Origin: Yuukianura sp. NJ FZ-2021
Lineage: Eukaryota
DNA length: 64,000 bases
Reading direction: 5' to 3'
Assembly: GCA_046563655.1 (NCBI GenBank)
Contig: CM102283.1
Coordinates: 2,542,001 to 2,606,000, forward strand
Positions 22,088-34,059 of the stretch are shown here, piece after piece. Under the pieces are notes generated by a model. The model did no database searches and had not been told where the DNA came from. It was given only the letters and a program-made list of their open reading frames with translations. How positions within the stretch are numbered: the stretch's first letter is position 1; the number at the start of each line of letters is the position of its first letter. Made by a program: the position numbers and the translations under genes.

Positions 22088-24298
22088 CTACACCCAACTT
22101 TCTCCCCAAGACGATGGTTTGGGGTCACCAAAAATCAGAATCGGCCAGAAAATGATACAAAAGCACAAGAACAGAAGCGGAAACGCTACGCGTGCAACAA
22201 AGTCGATCCGTTTCCACAATTTCTTTCGCCGATTCTCAAATTTTATGGATTCCTCTCCTGCGGTTCCTCCAAATTTTGATTTATCCGCGAAATTATTTCC
22301 ACGTCGCGAAACGCCGTTTCCAGAATATTCGTCGTACGACGTCGGATTCCAGGCTGGGATTGGACCTCCGCCGCGAGCTAAACGGGCTTCCAGAATTCTC
22401 AAATCGTTGTTCATTGTTCTTCCCTAGAAGAAATTCAATTTAATTAGTATTGGCAAAGTTAATTGTTAATTAAATTAAGTAATTAACACCTTTTTCTTCT
22501 TTTGGTAAAAGTCGTGCCAGTATGTTGGTAACAACTCGAACTTGGCTTTACTTTGTTTATGATTGAACTCCTGGTTAGCCAAGTAGCGAACAATCACAAA
22601 TTCAAACATAGCGGCAAACACAAATGCTAGACAAGATGTCATCCACACGTCCATCATCTTCACCTTAAATTTCAAAACCAAAATTTTTCTGAAAATTTGA
22701 AATTTGAGTTTCAAAATTTCAGTTTTTTGAAGATTACATATGAAACCGGTGGTAGGTCAACTTTTTGGCCGCTGTACAAAGTGACCAAGGTCAACATACA
22801 TGTGACCAGAAGTGCAACGCGTGCTGGAATGGCGTCCATGCCCAGCCAGAAGCTAAACCAGGACAGAAATACGATAAAGCAGGTTGGCATGAATGTCTGA
22901 ATGATGAAGTGACCCAGTTGGCGTTTCAGGATAAACACTATGTAAATTCGGGAATAAGAATCTGGAAAGTAATTAGTAATTAAGTAATTACTGTTCATGG
23001 CGAAATACTTTGAAATTTCGAACTATTTTGAACTTTTTTTTAAAAATCTTACCGCCTCTACCGAATCGATGGACGGATCCATTTCCAGCTAACAATGGAA
23101 CTGTCAAAGTGTATTGACGCATATTGAACAGTCGCGGCAAATATATTGGATCAGGTACTGTTGCGTTGTCCCAGTGAAATAGAACGTTTTTATTGGTGTA
23201 AGAGTCTAAAAATAGAACCGTAACGCACAAAACGTAACTCGTTTATCGAAATTTATCCAAATTTATCTCACTTACAACTCTCTAAGATAAAGGTACACCT
23301 CTGCGTTTCCATCGGATACCTATGTGCACGTAAATTTCTAAATTTGACAATTTGAATGTTTATCGGCAGATAAACATCCAAACTATCCAATTTAAAAATT
23401 CAAAAATTCAAAATGGCGCCAGAATTTTTGAGTTTGAAAAATACCATTGGAACTCCATAGCACAGCCGTTGATCGTGTACATGTTTGTGCTGAGGATGAT
23501 CGTATTATTTTTGAAAATTGTAACCGATTGCTGGCAATACGTCAGCTCCTCGATTTCTAAAAACACAAAAAGGTCAAAGGTCAACCGAGGTCATTGACCT
23601 TTGAAATATCTAGGTCAGCTGACGTGCGTCACGTGAGTTGGGAATAAAGGCGTCTGGAGTCCACAAATCCGCCAGTACATCGCCATCTACCGTCACGGAC
23701 GTATTGGATGGCTCTTTCGGATGAAACAGATCGTCCGGAAATTTGATCTGTGGAGCAACCCATCTTTGTTTCAAATTGAAATCAACCCTGGATACAAAAA
23801 AAAAATATTTTTAACAGATTTAGTTAAAATTAAAAAAAAAATTTTTTTTGAATTTGTTTAACCTGAACTCTCCATTGGTTGGATCAATTTTGGACAGGTC
23901 CAGCAACTCTATTGCAAAGTAAACGTCAACTGGTTTTTTATCTTCTTGTTCCATATTCCATCTAGCCCCTATCCAAAAACATAAAAAGTTATAACAAATT
24001 TTAACTTTTTCAAATTTAAAAAAAAAATCAACTTTTGTCAACATTCAAATTTCATAATTTTGAACATGCCTTTGAGATGTTGCTCGCTGATGACGTTGTA
24101 GTCCAAACTACTATCATTGGCATTTGAAGCCGGTTCATTTTGGTTTCGCAATTTACATGATGATGCTTCAATTCTAAAAATTTAAAATTTAAAAAGTTTC
24201 TACTACTAATTTTTGTTTGCAATTCAAGACAAAGTTACTTACCTGAGCAAAAATTCAAAAAAGACAATCACTTGTGTAAGTTTTTGGACAAAAATCAT
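22088..24298 (-). CDS. Cys-loop ligand-gated ion channel subunit, anion-type (GABA/Gly/GluCl superfamily), copy 1, multi-exon
   Basis: LWTPDAFI, Cys-loop C-AMEFQWYPMETQR-C, TM1 QTFMPTCFIVFLSWFSFWL, M2 DAIPARVALLVTCMLTL, TM3 MDVWMTSCLAFVFAAMFE, TM4 RIDFVARVAFP. Confidence 0.9.
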
Positions 24299-24668
24299 GG
24301 TTTTAGGAGTTTGGAGCACTTCGAATCGCGTTTCGCTGTTGACTAATTCTCGGTTAAATCGGAAGTACCATTTAAATTTTTCTGTTCCACTTTCGTGCAG
24401 TGATTAGCCCAAAATGCATTAGCCTTTAGTTTCAAATTGAGTGTCATTGCTTTGCATGTTTCCGAAAGTGGTTTCAAAAAACCTTGAACTGCTTTTTCAA
24501 CTTTTTAGAGTTTAAGTAAAAGTTTTTTTTTCATTTTACTTTGAGAATTTCAGTGGTTGCAGAAATGATATTGGGTACTTTAAAAGCATAGTTTTAAATG
24601 TCACGACATGGACACCGAGTTCGGAGTGCGTTACATTTATTACTGAATGACTATATATTACACACATA

Positions 24669-24807
24669 TCATGTGTTCCAGAATTAACGATTATCTTTTT
24701 TCTCTCTGTGTAACTTCTCCATCTCATCTCTCATCTCGCACTGTGGAGTTTTTGGAGCTTATGGGTTTTGTGCACAAAAAGATAATCGTTAATTCTGGAA
24801 CACCTGA
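24669..24807. mobile_element. Small MITE-like element with ~32-bp terminal inverted repeats
   Basis: tcatgtgttccagaattaacgattatcttttt ... aaaaagataatcgttaattctggaacacctga (1 mismatch), TA on both flanks. Confidence 0.75.
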
Positions 24808-24996
24808 TAGTACCTATATACACAGTAACCTTGTTTATATACATCATTATATACATTATATATTATGTATATATAGTATACTTTATATATATATTCATAC
24901 TACATATTATAATAGTTGATATACCTACATCCTGCAAATACACATAGTTTATGTATAATATTTATTATATGTTGTTTATATTTTATAATATATTTT

Positions 24997-27223
24997 TTAT
25001 TTTGTCATCGCTGCTGCCTCGTTGGGATCGCCAAACATGAGAACTGGCCAGAAAATTAAGCAAAAGCACAAAAATAGAAGCGGAAAAGCGACGCGTGCCA
25101 CTTTGTCAATTCGTTTCCAGCGTCGCGTGTTCTGATTGGTGCTTTCTTCCACACCAGTCGCATGACCTTGACCATTGACGTTACTCCGCTCAGAATTGGC
25201 GTTTGAATTATTTGCTGCCCGACGCAAAATGCTTTTGTCATTTAATCTGCCGCCATTTTGATTTGGAGTTTGAAAATCCAGAGATTCGTCGTACCCTGCT
25301 GGACTCCATGCTGTAACCGGCCCATGCCCCAAATGTGCCTCGAACATACGCAACTCATCGTTCACCATTGATTTCTAAGAAGGCAGAAGTTTTTTAAATC
25401 ATTGGAAGTTAGCATTTTCAAAGTTTTGATTTTTTCAAACCGGTTTCTTTTGGCGGTAAAAGTCTTGCCAGTACATTGGTAGAAAGCCACTACCCTGTTT
25501 TGCTTTTCCTTTTTTACCATTTGTGTCCAACTCTTTTTTGGCCAAATAGCGGACAATAATAAATTCAAACATAGCGGCAAATATAAACGCCAAACAAGAT
25601 GTCATCCACACGTCCATCATCTTCACCTAAAATTTCAAAACCGAAATTTTTCAATACGAAAATTTTGAATTTTGAAAAGTTTCAAAATTTCGATATTGAA
25701 CTATACGTAAGAAATCGGTGGTAGATCAACTTTTTGTCCGCTGTACAAAGTGACCAATGTTAACATGCACGTAACCAGAAGTGACACGCGTCCTGGAATG
25801 GCATCCATGCCCAACCAGAAGCTAAACCAAGATAGAGATACGATAAAGCATGTCGGCATAAACGTTTGGAGAATAAAGTGCCCCAGGCGACGTTGCAGAA
25901 AGAACTCAACGTAGATGCGGGAGTATGACTCTGTAATTTATATTGTTTAATTAATTAAATTTAATATTGATTAATTAATTTTTTTGATTAGTTGAGATTA
26001 CCTCCTCTTCCAAATCGGTTAACTGAATCGTTACCGAATTTGAAGGGGAGCAGAAGCACGTACTGTCGTATATTGAAATTTGCCGGCAAAGTGACGGCTC
26101 CTTTTTCAGTGGTGTTCTCCCAGTGAAATACAACACTTGTGTCGGTATAGGAGTCTGTGCACAGAATATATACAATACATATGTTATAGTGATTCAATAT
26201 ATTATAAAATACTTATAGATATAATATAGTATAAAAAAGTTGTATTTTAATAATATATCTATCAGTATGTAGATATATTGTAATATGTTAATATGTTATT
26301 ATTGTTAATATAGCATATTGTTATTGTTAATTATTGTTAGTAACTAACAGCTTTCGAGTGGAAAGATGCAACGCTGTGTTTCCATGGGATACCATTGGAA
26401 CTCCATGGAACATCCGTTGATCGTGAACATGTTCGAACTGTATATAATCGTGTTGTTTTTGAAAATTGTGATAGTCGTCTGCGGAAACGTCAGGATTTCA
26501 ATTTCTGAAATTTTAAGTTTCAAATTTTAGTATTGAATCATTTTTTTTAATTCGTTTTTTTTTTAATTTGAACCAGCATCTCTAGAATTTGGAATATAGG
26601 CATCAGGCGTCCACATGTCTTTGACAGCATCACCATCGATAGTGACTGATGTATTGCTTGTTTCGTTTTTCCAAAAAAAATCCTTCGGCATAGGCGATTC
26701 AGGAGCAACCCAACGTTGCCTCAAATTGAAATCCAATCTAACATGTTTTTCAAAATATATTTTAAAAAACAATTGTTAATAATTTTGGGTTGAAATTTAT
26801 TTTAAAAAGTTACACTGCTTCCTAAATTTACCTAAATTCTCCATTTTTGGGGCTAATTTTTGAGAGTTCCAAAATTTCCAAAGAAAAATAGACATGGACT
26901 GGCAGGATGTCTTGATTGTTAAGGTTCCATCTTGCACCTAAGTATAGTCGTCATTAGTTAACAATATATTGAATATGTGTGCATTTGTCTAACCCTTCAG
27001 ATTTCTTTTTTAAGAGTGTTGTAGTTCAGATCATCAGAACTGTTTTGCTCCTGTTTCTTCGATTGAGCTTCTGTTCTATTTTTAATTAATTAAAAATACA
27101 TTTTGTAAAGCTTTTTCATTTAAAATTTTGAGAAATTATCTCCTTTTTTTAAATTTAGACTTACTTGATTAGAATTGCGTAGAAAACGAATAACTTGAAG
27201 TAGATCGTCATTGTACAAGTCAT
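24997..27223 (-). CDS. Cys-loop ligand-gated ion channel subunit, anion-type, copy 2, multi-exon
   Basis: Signal exon MTCTMTIYFKLFVFYAILI, MWTPDAYIPN, C-SMEFQWYPMETQR-C, M2 DAIPGRVSLLVTCMLTL, TM4 RIDKVARVAFP. Confidence 0.9.
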
Positions 27224-28154
27224 TTTTGTCAATGCCAAATTTTGAATGAAAAGTGCACTTTTGACTAAAATTTTCACTTCTACCCGAAAAAGGTTGCTTC
27301 AACGTCAAGTTGAAGTTGAAGAGTGCGAAATTTTTAGAAATGGATTTTGAACATGGAAATCCCGTCACTTTTCGGTTTCTTATTTTTAAAAAGTGCTTTC
27401 AAAAATTTTTTCGCTCTCATGGTTTGCATGTTTTTGTTGCCTAAAAGCACACAATTGCGTTTCAATTTCGTCTAAAAATGTACTTTCTTCCAGCAAAAAG
27501 TGCTCCACACGATTGGTTAGTCAAACCTAATGTAACCATGAAAATTTATGAAACATTCAAATCTGAAACAATATTTCTGTGTAATGGCTAAAAGGATCGT
27601 TAATTTGAATTGTCAAACTGTAACTGTATGCGGCCGGTTTTTGTAGTTTTAGTACCGAAGAAACTTTAATAATTTGTTACGGAAGTTATTTTTTGCGCTT
27701 TTCACGACCAATTCAAAAGTTAATTACAACTGTCCAATGTTAAGGTTTATTTGACAGTAAACTTATAACGCTCTTCTTCGGTAGTTTACAATTATGTGTA
27801 TTTTGGATTCCATAATTTATAAAACCATTCGGGAGTTCATTGCTTTTGTAACAATAACTTTGTTGCAAGTTTATATTTTTTTTGTACTAAAGTTTGTTAA
27901 TTTGTGAACTACTTCAGAGTTGGTGTTTCACTAAAACCAAATTAGTACTTAAGATGTTTAGAATTCCACAATCGGGATTCAATTTTAGCACAGGGCACTT
28001 TTAAAAAAACCAAACACTTAAAAACTCGGAAGAGTAAAAGGACGAAACTTTTAGCAAGGGAATCTTCACTACAGTTTCAGATATTCGACGACTTGGACTG
28101 ATATTTCTCTCGATTTAAAAATCACGACAGTCTAAAAATTACAAAAATTTACAA

Positions 28155-31100
28155 ATGTGTTTAACATTTTATATATTTGTTTCGTGTGCCTTAGCATTTT
28201 CCAGGGCAAGTTACACTTTTACACAACTATTCCCCTCGTCTCCGCTATTTCATTCGCCACATCCAGAGCGTAAGGCTAATCTTATAAATTTACACGCAGA
28301 GCAATTTAAAAATTTTTTTAGAGACGAATTATCACCTTTTTCTGTCAAATTGATTTAACTTAAAAATAAAGTTATTTATTAATTATGTTACTAACGTTTT
28401 ATTTGTTCTACAGGAGCTGATCATAGTTGGGTACCCTTGGCATGTGCCCTTCCTTCTGGTTACCAAAGGCTCAGTGAAAGTTCCCGCTTCGTCGTAAGTG
28501 ATGCCGTTTTTGCACCAAATGCAAGTCACATGAGCTGCAAGAACGGCACTTTGAAGCGAGGTTTGATAACTTCTGCGGCAGAGAATGAAGAAATTAGTTT
28601 ATATTTGATGAGTAAGTCAATGACATGTTGCTCAAACGTTGTACGTTAAAGAACAGGACTTACCGCTAACTTACACATACTAAAATAATTCACTATTAAT
28701 TTATAACTAAATTATTAAGTTATTGCTTTAATTTCTAAGTACGTAACCGTGAAAAACGAAAGCGTAAAAGGGCAAACGGCAGTTTAACCCTTTGAGAAAC
28801 GTAAAATGATTTATTTGGAAAACTTCTTGTTTCAGGAACCAACAACACTGATGGTCTTTGGATTGACGTGGAAGCGCGTCGTAAGAGGGTTGACGAGCTT
28901 CGATCTCACAACGGAAATTGTTCACTCAAGTTTTCTCGGTTCTTTGCAGGAAATCCCGGTTCTTATGTAAGTAAATTTATTACATTTCACGATATTTTAA
29001 TTTCCGCATAATGAGTCTCTGTGTATCCGAACAATTATCATTGGATGTGATGGAAGGCATTCATAGTCAACTTAGTATTATTGGCTTTACGGTATGCCTC
29101 TACCATCCTCTCGTAATTATCCGACGGAATGGGATCATACACATCAAACCCATTATGTTCCGGAGTTGAGCACCGAAGTCCGGCACATTTCATGAGACAT
29201 TCTCCGAACGAGGCAATGGGGCAATACTCCGGGTCGAGTTTATATAAACCGTCGCAGCTTCCAGTTCCAGTAGCAAAGAACGCCTCAGAGACATTTACCC
29301 CGCCGCTAATTTCTGCTTCTGTCAGGGCTGTCCGCCCTTTGCCACATTCAGCTATGTACATGCACTCGTCTACACAAAATTCAATGGAAATAATTCACAT
29401 TTCAAAAGTCTTGTAACATGGTGCGGATGCAGCGGAAACGTAAAAGGGCCATCGTGTCTTTCGGTTCAAAAGAAAAATCGCGCTGGTAAAAAAGCGGTTT
29501 TAATTCCGACTTTTTGGAAAGAACTCTTTGTTCAAAAATAACCAAGAATTAAAACTTTTTTTTTCTTGGGAAAGCTAATCTTTTGTTTTCTCAGGGAACT
29601 TTAGAATATTGAACATGGCGTTTTTACGTTCACGGCTGTTCCAAAGGCACATGGGTTGCCGTTTATGGAGTTCTTAATTAACTGTTACGTACCCGGGCAG
29701 TTCTCGGTGGGGAATGGAAAGTAGTATTGGTGCGTCGGGTTTTCCTTAAAGACAACAAGGTCGCATTAGCACTAATAAAACGTCATTCTCAATGTTAAAG
29801 GGGCTTTTCAAGAAGGTCACCTTCGTATGTACATATGGATGTGGTGTTGATTGCCGCGTCAAACCGTCAATAGTGGACAACCACAGTATGCACAAGGATA
29901 CAATCGCTATACACCTTTTGCCAATCATTCCGTCCTAAAGCTTTCGTCGACCCTGTAAAAATGAACACACAAAATTGATTGAAATTTGGTGAAGCCTGAG
30001 GTTACTGAAGCTGTGTTAGTGACTACTGATGTGCTAAGTTTGAATTTAAAAAAGTATCCAGAGCGTTTGAGCATGAAAAGACCAAACTAGGAAGTGTAAA
30101 TAAATGGCAACTTCCTTATATGCTTCAAAACAATGCGTGGCCGCAATTAATATGGTTAGATTACGAACCGGCAGGCCAATCCCACAGCCATTTTTTCGTT
30201 TAAACCGTTAATGGTTTCAATGTTCGACATTTTAAACGTTCATCAAACCATAATTAAAAATAGCAGTTTTTTTTTTTGAATTTGAGCCACCTATGAAAAG
30301 CGACAACTAACTACAATCCAGAAGAGTTCGATTTGAGAAGCGAGACTGTAAAGACGTGTCACGAAGCTCAATTGCCCACGAAGCCCACTCAATTGTCACT
30401 AGTATATACCAACTTTTCATCTTAATCCGTTAATCTCACTTTCAAATTATGGAAATTGCAAAGTTTTGCTTCGAGTCAGTAATTTCAACAATCCAAAACA
30501 ACCGGTATTCCGACTCTGACATTGCCCATCTAAACCATTTAAAGCACAATTTGGACTACGAATTTTCAAAAATTCCTCAACCCAACAAACTACCTACAAG
30601 AACAAATGCGAATGTGATTGTCCATGGGTTGAACATCCAACAAGTTTCTGTCCCCACGGTAACGCACTGGATCCTGCAACACCTCAAAATCAAAATCGCA
30701 ATCCTGTCAGTGAGAGTGTTTGGAAAAAAGAAAACTGTCGCGCTGTCACTAGCATCAAGTCAAGAGAAAGCCAAATTATTCAGTCGCTGCCATCTCCTAA
30801 AAGGATCAAAAATTGGGATCACTGATGATCTACCGCCGCACCATAGACCAACCCGTAAGTCACTGCAAGAACATGACATTGGTCATATTGAATCACTCGT
30901 GGAGAAATCATCGCTTGTCACGAAGTACCCGCCGCATGCTTTCGCCGAACATCTCAATTTGGAACGGAAAGAGGTCGAGCTCGCCTCTGTCCCACCCAGC
31001 CGAGTGCCATATCCCCACGGTTGCCGACAACACAATGACCTTCGACCCATGTCACCAGCATCCTGAAAACGACAATTCAATTCCCACATTGGATACGCCA

Positions 31101-33581
31101 AATGCCAGCACAAATAATGCAAAGCCACACAGAAAAAAAAAGTCATCAAGTTTACTCGCTCTCAAGCCAGATCAGCAAATCCCACCACCGATTTCAAGTC
31201 ACACGAAGATCAATTGTAATCCACCCACTCATCCCAATCATGAAGCAAGCCACTGTCACACGAATAACGATGCAAGCAACAGAAACAAAAAACCAAACGA
31301 CATTCCAAACAAACAACTCCTGGAACTCGCGAAATTGCAATCCCTAAGATCAGCAGCGACACAAGGCCGAGATGCATTCAAAACTGAAATCCTCACCATC
31401 TACGGCGAAGTCAACGAGGAGTCTCTAGCCCACATCGACAGGTCCTTAATGAAACTCAAATTATCAGAAGCCAAAGCGAAGTTTAAGGAGCGGCGAAAAA
31501 AGAAATAATGCAACTCAACTATTCTAAATTTATCCTTAAATTTTGTATAGCAAAACGCCTGTTATATTATACCCCCCTTACCAAGTTATTAATTCTCTAA
31601 TACGCCATTACGTCACACAACTGTAATTCCACACTCATAACAAATCGAACTCCCTCTCCATGGGCTCCGGGCCCGCAGGGAGAGTATTCTACAAATAAAA
31701 AAAAATAAATAAAAACTACAATTCAGAAATTCAATCATGTAGCTGTAATATAATCAGTGAGATGAAATTAATTATCAGAATATGTTTTTTCTGGGTTTAG
31801 GAGGCAAGTGAAGATTCCTGTGTGTACATAACGCTGGACACCGCACGCGCCATGAATTGGTCGGAACCGCTTAGTGGTCCAAATGCGATGTGGCGTGATA
31901 ATTTTTGCAGTGATTACTCACGGGATCATCGACGGAGTGGGCTTTGCGAATGCCAACCGCCTACAATACCACCCGACTGCATGAATACAACAGGTTAGGT
32001 CTGCCATAAAAGGCTGCAATGACAACGTAAAATTTTTGGAAATTTCACGGCTATAATTTTTCTCTAAATGATATAAAAAACAATTCATTTGATTTCAATT
32101 TACTCCCTTGCGATAATGAGTTTCATTTCATCGCGGTCTTCAAAATGCTACAAAATGTGTCCAAATGTTATTTTTTTCAAAGGGCCTGAAATTTTACATG
32201 AGCTGCGGCAACTTGGAAATTCACAACTGTTTTACTCTACGGATCAGGTATATTTGCGCTATGCTACTGAACTCCACTCGTTTCTCTTCAAACGCTCTAA
32301 CTTGAATATTCTAATTTTGTAAATTTATAATTCGAATAATAAATTGAATATGAACTTACACAGAGGGACTGGCCAAATGCCATGAGAAGTTGTAAGTTCT
32401 TTGGAATGGACGTTCCTGTACTGGACGACGGCAATGAAATTGACCAAATCCGGAAATGGTTGGATGCAGAAAACTCATGTGGGTCGTGGGTGTAATGCTT
32501 AACTTAACCTTGTAAAATTAATAAAGTAACATGGAACATTTTGAACTTTTAGTGAAGTATTGGTTCTTCTGGCTGGGAGCAAAAGTCACCTCGCAAGGTC
32601 AATTCCACTGGCTAAACAGTACATCTTCTGTGACACTTCGCCTGGATAGATTAACCAGACGAAATGAATCCTGTTTGAATATTGGACCGGGAAATAATGG
32701 AACCCTGTACACGCAGTCCTTCGAATGTACAATTCCGATCAGGTTTTTGTGTAAACAAAATAAAACGAGAGGTGACTGACGACCACCGGAGCTAAAAATG
32801 TTCAAAACAAAAGTTAAAATTGTGAGTTTATTTTACGAATTTAACTTAATTTTCAAGTGATCGAGGACTGCAGAGATGAAAAGTCATTTGAGAAAATTGG
32901 CAACCAAACATGGCTAGCGACGAAGCGGCTCGTGTACAACTCAGCACTATCATGTTGCAAAGCCCAGAATTTGACGCTGACCTCAGTCCAGGAAATAATG
33001 AACAGAATAGATGAACTTCGTCCTCGTCTTCAAAATAACGGTAAGCCATGTCAAATTTTCCATTTTTGGCTGAAATGACGTGTAGTCTAATGAAAGTCGA
33101 AAATTCTTTTTGGGCGAATTGTGTTAAGGGAGCTACTGGGCGTCATTTGGTGTTAACGACACTTGCGCCTCAGTCAACTATACTACCACCCTCCTTGTGG
33201 ACTTCCAAAATGACTGCCAAAGTATCACTCGACGATTTCTGTGCACTGGTACGATTTAGTACTCAAACCTAACCTGCCTCTTCCTTAGATATGTTATTTA
33301 TGCATACTTTCTTTTCATTCGATTCAGAACGTTCTCCGTCGGAACTGATTCCATGCTCTCCTACTACACAAAACTTAACAAGCGCAACAAATACCTGCTT
33401 ACCAGGAATTCATTTGGGGGCACCGTTGGGCGTGGCCCTTGGAATCGGCTTGCGTGGGATGCTGTGGCTCATAGTAACATTAAGTTTCTTGATTCCACCG
33501 ACGGCGATTTTAGTATCCGTCATAGCTGTTGCAGCGTCAGCCATTGTTTTTACATCCCAAACACTCCAAGATTTGCTGTAA
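28155..33581 (+). CDS. Multi-domain C-type lectin protein (about 3 CTLDs, hydrophobic C-terminus), ~10 exons; 3' end tentative
   Basis: Hand-spliced exons 28155-28269, 28414-28611, 28836-28966, 31801-~31993 and further give signal peptide, C..G..SHMSC..ITSAAEN, LWID, CVYI..WRDNFC..LCEC, DWPNAMRSCK, FWLGA..FHW..CLNI..FLCK, YNSALSCCK..FWAN. Confidence 0.75.
29038..29928 (-). CDS. Putative secreted Cys-rich protein nested antisense in the lectin intron; internal exons uncertain
   Basis: First exon MIGKRCIAIVSLCILWLSTIDG (signal peptide) with donor gtgacc; last exon ECMYIAECGK..SCDG..YCP..ECLMKCAGLRC with acceptor tgtgtag. Confidence 0.55.
30324..31713 (+). mobile_element. Non-autonomous non-LTR retroelement encoding only an ORF1-like protein (HAL1-like)
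   Basis: 15-bp TSD aactacaat(c/t)cagaa at 30309-30323 and 31714-31728; ORF 30449-31066 with LINE ORF1 RRM-like motifs NVIVHGL..LKGSKIGITDDLP..R..RK.L; overlapping ORF to 31508; 3' stem-loop and A-rich tail; no RT/endonuclease. Confidence 0.8.
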
Positions 33582-34059
33582 ATATTTAACATCTTGATTC
33601 TATTTGAATTTTAATTATGAAAAAATATGTGAAATCAGTTAGTGAATAACCCTGGGCGTGAGAAGTCGAAAGAGAGATTAATGAGTTGTAGCGACATAGG
33701 TTACGGCGACATTGCTATTTTACGTTACTTTCGTAAACTATATGGCGACATCAAGTATCGTCAAGTTTAAAACCACTGCTATTTTCCTAGGAACTTTGCG
33801 TCTCAATTTTCCCAATCAGCGAGTATTTCCGATTATGAGAAATACAGAAAAGTTCTATATTTTGAATATGAAATATAGAATATGGAGCGTTCCATATTCT
33901 ATATTCATATTTTATAAATTCTATAAAGTGAGTTGCAATTACTCTCTAATCAATTGAGAATTTGGATTATATTTACGTTTTATTTGAAAATATTCAGCAG
34001 ACCCTTTTGCTAGCCTTTGTTTTTAAAGCTACCACTATTAGTAATCAAATTTCCAAATT

